A program made the position numbers and the translations under genes. Below are positions 40,048-44,935 of a stretch of DNA of 44,935 nucleotides, piece after piece (within the stretch, counting starts at the first letter, position 1; every line of letters starts with the position of its first letter). Under the pieces are notes generated by a model, which saw nothing but the letters and a program-made list of their open reading frames with translations, made no database searches and had not been told where the DNA came from. This DNA comes from a virus (lineage: Duplodnaviria; Heunggongvirae; Uroviricota; Caudoviricetes). The stretch lies in the IMG/VR virus record IMGVR_UViG_643348551_000004; one strand, given 5' to 3'.

Positions 40048-40647
40048 ATGCGTAAAGTTTGTGCCGCCATTTTGTCCGCAGCCATTTGTCTGGCCGTATC
40101 CGGTGCGCCTGCATGGGCGTCTGAACATCAGTCCACGCTGAGCGCGGGGTATCTTCATGCCCGGACCAACGTTCCCGGCAGTGATGATCTGAACGGGATT
40201 AACGTGAAATACCGTTATGAGTTTACGGATACGCTGGGGCTGGTGACGTCATTCAGCTATGCAGGAGACAAGAATCGCCAGCTGACCCATTACAGCGATA
40301 CTCGCTGGCATGAAGATTCCGTTCGTAACCGCTGGTTCAGCGTAATGGCGGGGCCGTCTGTGCGCGTGAATGAATGGTTCAGCGCGTATGCGATGGCGGG
40401 TGTGGCTTACAGCCGTGTGTCGACTTTCTCCGGGGATTATCTCCGCGTAACTGACAACAAGGGGAAAACGCACGACGTGCTGACCGGAAGTGATGACGGT
40501 CGCCACAGCAACACGTCTCTGGCGTGGGGAGCTGGCGTGCAGTTTAACCCGACCGAATCCGTGGCCATTGATATTGCTTATGAAGGCTCCGGCAGTGGCG
40601 ACTGGCGCACTGACGGTTTCATCGTGGGTGTCGGTTATAAGTTCTGA
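40048..40647 (+). CDS. lom: Lom/Ail-family outer-membrane beta-barrel protein, 199 aa
   Basis: It has a signal peptide. GINVKYRYEFTD and the C-terminal DIAYEGSGSGDWRTDGFIVGVGYKF match lambda Lom. The central loops are divergent. Confidence 0.9.
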   Translation: MRKVCAAILSAAICLAVSGAPAWASEHQSTLSAGYLHARTNVPGSDDLNGINVKYRYEFTDTLGLVTSFSYAGDKNRQLTHYSDTRWHEDSVRNRWFSVMAGPSVRVNEWFSAYAMAGVAYSRVSTFSGDYLRVTDNKGKTHDVLTGSDDGRHSNTSLAWGAGVQFNPTESVAIDIAYEGSGSGDWRTDGFIVGVGYKF

Positions 40648-40673
40648 TTAGCCAGGTAACACAGTGTTATGAC

Positions 40674-40701
40674 AGCCCGCCGGTTCAGGCGGGCTTTTTT
40701 G
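40674..40701 (+). terminator. Intrinsic terminator after lom
   Basis: AGCCCGCC-GGTTCA-GGCGGGCT is followed by TTTTTG. Confidence 0.85.
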
Positions 40702-40711
40702 TGGGGTGAAT

Positions 40712-43672
40712 ATGGCAGTAAAGATTTCAGGTGTACTGAAAGACGGCACAGGAAAACCGGTACAGAACTGCACAATCCAGCTGAAAGCAAAACGTAACAG
40801 CACCACGGTGGTGGTGAACACGCTGGCCTCAGAAAATCCGGATGAAGCCGGGCGTTACAGCATGGACGTTGAGTACGGTCAGTACAGCGTTATTCTGTTG
40901 GTGGAAGGATTCCCGCCGTCACATGCCGGGACCATCACCGTGTATGAAGATTCCCGACCCGGTACGCTGAATGATTTTCTCGGTGCCATGACGGAGGATG
41001 ATGCCCGTCCGGAGGCTCTGCGCCGTTTTGAACTGATGGTGGAAGAGGTGACGCGTAACGCGTCCGCGGTGGCACAGAACACGGCAGCCGCGAAGAAGTC
41101 AGCCAGTGATGCCGGCACATCTGCCCGTGAGGCGGCAACCCATGCGACTGATGCTGCAGGCTCAGCGCGTGCAGCCAGCACGTCAGCCGGACAGGCCGCG
41201 ACTTCGGCTCAGGAGGCGTCTTCCAGCGCAGGAACGGCATCAACAAAGGCCACTGAAGCATCAAAAAGTGCTGCCGCTGCAGAGTCCTCAAAAAGCGCGG
41301 CGGCCACCAGTGCCGGTGCGGCGAAAACGTCAGAAACGAATGCTGCAGCGTCACAAAAATCAGCAGCCACTTCAGCATCCACCGCGACCACGAAAGCGTC
41401 AGAAGCTGCCACCTCAGCCCGGGATGCGTCGGCTTCAAAAGAGGCAGCGAAATCATCAGAAACGAACGCATCATCAAGCGCCAGTAGTGCCGCTTCCTCG
41501 GCAACGGCGGCAGGCAATTCCGCGAAGGCGGCAAAGACGTCTGAGACAAACGCCAGGTCTTCTGAAACGGCAGCGGAACAGAGCGCCTCAGCTGCGGCAG
41601 ACTCTGAGACAGCAGCTGCATCATCGGCCCGTGAGGCGTCCATTAAGGCAGAGGAGGCAGCAGTCAGTGCCACCGCCGCCGGAAAATCGGCAGAAAGCGC
41701 CGCATCATCCGCTTCAACAGCCACAACGAAGGCTGGCGAAGCCACTGAACAGGCCAGCGCAGCAGCGAGGTCTGCTTCCGCAGCGAAGACATCCGAAACG
41801 AACGCGAAAGCGTCGGAAACCAGCGCAGAATCCTCAAAAACGGCTGCCGCATCGTCCGCCAGTTCGGCGGCGTCATCGGCATCATCTGCGTCTGCTTCAA
41901 AAGATGAGGCGACCAGACAGGCGTCAGCAGCGAGGGGCAGCGCCACGACGGCATCCACGAAGGCGACAGAGGCTGCTGGCAGTGCGGCAGCGGCAGCACA
42001 GAGCAAAAGTACGGCGGAATCCGCGGCAACGCGCGCCGAGACAGCAGCAAAACGGGCAGAGGATATTGCATCCGCCGTGGCGCTTGAGGATGCGAGCACG
42101 ACGAAAAAGGGGATAGTACAGCTCAGCAGTGCGACCAACAGCACTTCCGAGTCACAGGCGGCAACGCCAAAAGCCGTTAAGGCCGCGTATGACCTGGCTA
42201 ACGGGAAATACACCGCACAGGATGCAACGACAGCACAGAAAGGGATAGTTCAGCTCAGCAGTGCGACTAACAGCACTTCCGAGTCACAGGCGGCAACGCC
42301 AAAAGCCGTTAAGGCCGCGTATGACCTGGCTAACGGGAAATACACCGCACAGGACGCTACGACAGCACAAAAAGGAATTGTCCAGCTCAGTAGTGCAACC
42401 AACAGCACATCTGAAACGCTTGCTGCGACACCGAAAGCAGTGAAAGCAGCTAATGACAATGCGAATGGTCGGGTACCTTCTGCCCGTAAGGTGAATGGTA
42501 AGGCGCTTTCAGCGGATATAACACTGACGCCGAAAGATATTGGTACGCTTAACTCAACAACAATGTCATTCAGCGGTGGTGCTGGTTGGTTCAAATTAGC
42601 AACGGTAACCATGCCACAGGCGAGTTCTGTTGTTTCAATTACGTTGATTGGTGGCGCTGGATTTAACGTGGGGTCACCTCAACAGGCAGGTATATCTGAA
42701 CTTGTTTTACGTGCAGGTAATGGTAATCCGAAGGGGATTACTGGTGCTTTATGGCAGCGCACATCGACAGGGTTTACAAATTTTGCCTGGGTCAATACAT
42801 CTGGTGATACTTACGATATTTACGTTGCAATCGGAAATTATGCGACTGGTGTAAATATTCAATGGGATTATACCAGTAATGCCAGCGTGACGATTCATAC
42901 GTCACCAGCATATTCTGCTAATAAGCCGGAAGGGTTAACGGACGGTACAGTTTATTCACTCTATACGCCATCAGAGCAGTTTTATCCGCCTGGCGCACCA
43001 ATCCCGTGGCCATCAGATACCGTTCCGTCTGGCTATGCCCTGATGCAGGGGCAGACTTTTGACAAATCTGCATACCCGAAACTTGCAGCCGCTTATCCGT
43101 CAGGCGTGATCCCTGATATGCGTGGCTGGACGATTAAGGGCAAACCTGCCAGTGGTCGGGCCGTATTGTCTCAGGAACAGGACGGCATTAAATCGCATAC
43201 CCACAGCGCCAGCGCATCCAGTACGGATTTGGGGACGAAAACCACATCGTCGTTTGATTACGGCACTAAATCCACGAATAACACTGGTGCGCATACCCAT
43301 AGTTTAAGTGGCAGCACGAATGCAGCTGGTAATCACAGCCATAGAGATGGCCGTCGATTTAACCCCAGTGTTTTTAAAGATACTTATCAATATGGTTATA
43401 CAAGCTCAGGTCAAAATACCTGGGGTGTACAAGGCTCAGTAGGTATGTCTACGGGGTGGTTAGCGAATACCAGTACAGATGGTAATCATAGCCATTCACT
43501 GTCCGGCACAGCAGCATCTGCAGGTGCACACGCGCATACTGTCGGTATTGGTGCTCATACGCACTCCGTTGCGATTGGTTCACATGGACACACCATCACC
43601 GTTAACGCTGCTGGTAACGCGGAAAACACCGTCAAAAACATCGCATTTAACTATATTGTGAGGCTTGCATAA
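40712..43672 (+). CDS. stf: Side tail fibre Stf, intact (986 aa from MAVKISG)
   Basis: The N-terminus equals Ur-lambda Stf ([36 protein letters not shown]...). It has an Ala/Ser/Thr-rich shaft, three [15 protein letters not shown] repeats, HxH repeats, and the conserved end [18 protein letters not shown]. Confidence 0.93.
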   Translation: MAVKISGVLKDGTGKPVQNCTIQLKAKRNSTTVVVNTLASENPDEAGRYSMDVEYGQYSVILLVEGFPPSHAGTITVYEDSRPGTLNDFLGAMTEDDARPEALRRFELMVEEVTRNASAVAQNTAAAKKSASDAGTSAREAATHATDAAGSARAASTSAGQAATSAQEASSSAGTASTKATEASKSAAAAESSKSAAATSAGAAKTSETNAAASQKSAATSASTATTKASEAATSARDASASKEAAKSSETNASSSASSAASSATAAGNSAKAAKTSETNARSSETAAEQSASAAADSETAAASSAREASIKAEEAAVSATAAGKSAESAASSASTATTKAGEATEQASAAARSASAAKTSETNAKASETSAESSKTAAASSASSAASSASSASASKDEATRQASAARGSATTASTKATEAAGSAAAAAQSKSTAESAATRAETAAKRAEDIASAVALEDASTTKKGIVQLSSATNSTSESQAATPKAVKAAYDLANGKYTAQDATTAQKGIVQLSSATNSTSESQAATPKAVKAAYDLANGKYTAQDATTAQKGIVQLSSATNSTSETLAATPKAVKAANDNANGRVPSARKVNGKALSADITLTPKDIGTLNSTTMSFSGGAGWFKLATVTMPQASSVVSITLIGGAGFNVGSPQQAGISELVLRAGNGNPKGITGALWQRTSTGFTNFAWVNTSGDTYDIYVAIGNYATGVNIQWDYTSNASVTIHTSPAYSANKPEGLTDGTVYSLYTPSEQFYPPGAPIPWPSDTVPSGYALMQGQTFDKSAYPKLAAAYPSGVIPDMRGWTIKGKPASGRAVLSQEQDGIKSHTHSASASSTDLGTKTTSSFDYGTKSTNNTGAHTHSLSGSTNAAGNHSHRDGRRFNPSVFKDTYQYGYTSSGQNTWGVQGSVGMSTGWLANTSTDGNHSHSLSGTAASAGAHAHTVGIGAHTHSVAIGSHGHTITVNAAGNAENTVKNIAFNYIVRLA
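42089..42484 (+). repeat. Three tandem 132-bp (44-aa) repeats inside stf
   Basis: Units are 42089-42220, 42221-42352 and 42353-42484. Units 1 and 2 are almost identical at DNA level. Unit 3 diverges in its second half. Confidence 0.92.
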
Positions 43673-44247
43673 TGGCATTCAGAATGAGTGAACAACCACG
43701 GACCATAAAAATTTATAATCTGCTGGCCGGAACTAATGAATTTATTGGTGAAGGTGACGCATATATTCCGCCTCATACAGGTCTGCCAGCAAACAGTACC
43801 GATATTGCACCACCAGATATTCCTGCTGGCTTTGTGGCTGTTTTCAACAGTGATAAGGCATCGTGGCATCTCGTTGAAGACCATCGGGGTAAAACGGTTT
43901 ATGACGTAGCGTCAGGGGACGCGTTATTTATTTCTGAACTCGGTCCGTTACCGGAAAATGTTACCTGGTTATCGCCGGAAGGGGAGTTTCAGAAGTGGAA
44001 CGGCACAGCCTGGGTGAAAGATGCAGAAGCAGAAAAACTGTTCCGGATCCGAGAGGCGGAAGAAACAAAAAACAGCCTGATGCAGGTAGCCAGTGAGCAT
44101 ATTGCGCCACTTCAGGATGCTGTAGATCTGGAAATCGCAACGGAGGAAGAAACCTCATTGCTGGAAGCCTGGAAAAAGTATCGGGTGTTGCTGAACCGTG
44201 TTGATACGTCAACTGCACAGGATATTGAATGGCCAGCACTGCCGTAG
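43672..44247 (+). CDS. tfa: Tail fibre assembly chaperone Tfa, 191 aa
   Basis: [61 protein letters not shown]... equals lambda Tfa. There is an ATAATG overlap with stf. Confidence 0.95.
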   Translation: MAFRMSEQPRTIKIYNLLAGTNEFIGEGDAYIPPHTGLPANSTDIAPPDIPAGFVAVFNSDKASWHLVEDHRGKTVYDVASGDALFISELGPLPENVTWLSPEGEFQKWNGTAWVKDAEAEKLFRIREAEETKNSLMQVASEHIAPLQDAVDLEIATEEETSLLEAWKKYRVLLNRVDTSTAQDIEWPALP

Positions 44248-44344
44248 GGTAAAACATATAAATTCTATAATTAGATGTATCTTTCCATTTACGGCAAGGA
44301 AGGGGGCTTGGAAGACGTAAAGCATCTCACACCGAGATTATTTT

Positions 44345-44935
44345 TTATATGTCAGGTGTCTGAAGTTTTGCTTTGGCTCTTAAAATGGTTTGCCGCGAGG
44401 TTTTGAATTCCCGGGCAATGGCACTTATACTTACACCTGACTTAATTCGTTCGAATGCCACCTGTTTCTGTTCTTCATTTAACACAGGTGGTCGACCAAA
44501 ACGTTTCCCTGCGCCGCGGGCTCTTACTATCCCGGAATGAGTGCGTTCAAGTAAAAGGTCTCGTTCAAATTCAGCGACTGCTGAAATTACGTGCATCATC
44601 ATTTTTCCTGTTGGACTGGTCAGGTCAATGCCCCCCAATGCTAAGCAATGCACTCTGATACCTGTTTCGGTCAGTTGTTCCACTGTTTTCCTGATATCCA
44701 TTGCATTACAACCAAGGCGATCCAGTTTTGTCACAATCAATTGATCACCACATTTCAGGCGAGCAAGCAACCGGTTAAAACCAGGACGCTCACTGGTTGC
44801 TGCTGAGCCGCTAATGTGTTCTTCGATTATTTGCTGAGGTTTGATTTTAAAACCTGCACTTTCGATTTCCCGGCGTTGATTTTCGATGGTCTGATCCAGC
44901 GTTGATATCCGACAGTAAGCAAAAATTCGAGACAT
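44345..44935 (-). CDS. pin: Serine DNA invertase, Pin/Hin/Gin family (PinR/PinQ-like), 196 aa
   Basis: [56 protein letters not shown]... carries the catalytic Ser motif and a C-terminal HTH. The start codon is the last three bases of the window. Confidence 0.93.
   Translation of the reverse strand: MSRIFAYCRISTLDQTIENQRREIESAGFKIKPQQIIEEHISGSAATSERPGFNRLLARLKCGDQLIVTKLDRLGCNAMDIRKTVEQLTETGIRVHCLALGGIDLTSPTGKMMMHVISAVAEFERDLLLERTHSGIVRARGAGKRFGRPPVLNEEQKQVAFERIKSGVSISAIAREFKTSRQTILRAKAKLQTPDI

Noticed and set aside
41106-42213. Two ORFs of more than 330 aa (plus-strand alternative frame 41106-42116; minus strand 41209-42213) across the stf shaft
   Set aside because: They arise from the repetitive GCN/TCN/ACN (Ala/Ser/Thr) coding of the Stf shaft. 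Their translations are low-complexity (RRQ/P-rich or poly-Ala-Asp). The Stf frame is the one matching lambda.
42466-42500. Possible inverted copy, within stf, of the sequence next to pin (44281-44306), as a candidate invertase crossover pair
   Set aside because: A hand alignment gave only about 14 matches out of 23 positions with no AAACC..GGTTT core. That is not better than chance.

Overview
The window is essentially one near-complete lambdoid prophage. It runs from the stop codon of a tyrosine integrase (base 1) to the start codon of a Pin-type invertase (base 44935).

The prophage is a mosaic of three recognisable types:
- DLP12-type: int/xis; the emrE-ybcK island; and the nin, Q, nmpC and lysis block (ybcN-ninE-ybcO-rusA-ylcG-quuD, nmpC, essD-rrrD-rzpD/rzoD, borD, ylcI).
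- Lambda-type: orf60a-exo-bet-gam, the O C-terminus, P, ren, cos, Nu1 through J, lom, stf and tfa. Every head and tail ORF has lambda-like length.
- Rac-like: the cro/cII pair (YdaS/YdaT-type) and the PinR-like invertase.

The immunity region can be read directly from the sequence. It has a LexA-like repressor with an apparently leaderless start, divergent PRM/PR, a strong pL (TTGATA-17-TATTAT) and a shared TTGCTATT(G/A) operator motif at both OL and OR. No convincing N gene or nut site is present.

The best candidates for something undescribed are the accessory (moron) slots:
1. Two unrecognised genes (87 aa, and 147 aa with a coiled-coil and a C-terminal membrane anchor) lie co-oriented directly downstream of the repressor and before a terminator. 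This is the slot lambda uses for rexAB.
2. An AT-rich two-gene cassette in opposite orientation (3-TM protein plus small SAM-methyltransferase, GTGA overlap) lies between xis and the red genes.
3. A 414-aa PP-loop/PAPS-reductase-family protein is translationally coupled to the early-left operon.
4. Two unrecognised small ORFs follow the large serine recombinase ybcK, where K-12 carries ybcL/ybcM.

Other notable points are a swapped J receptor-binding end, a triplicated 132-bp repeat in stf, chimeric O with five new iterons, and intact nmpC with the ipeX 3' region lying antisense to the late transcript. No tRNA, rRNA, CRISPR array or IS element was recognised. All homology statements come from my memory of lambda and E. 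coli K-12 protein sequences; no database search was run.
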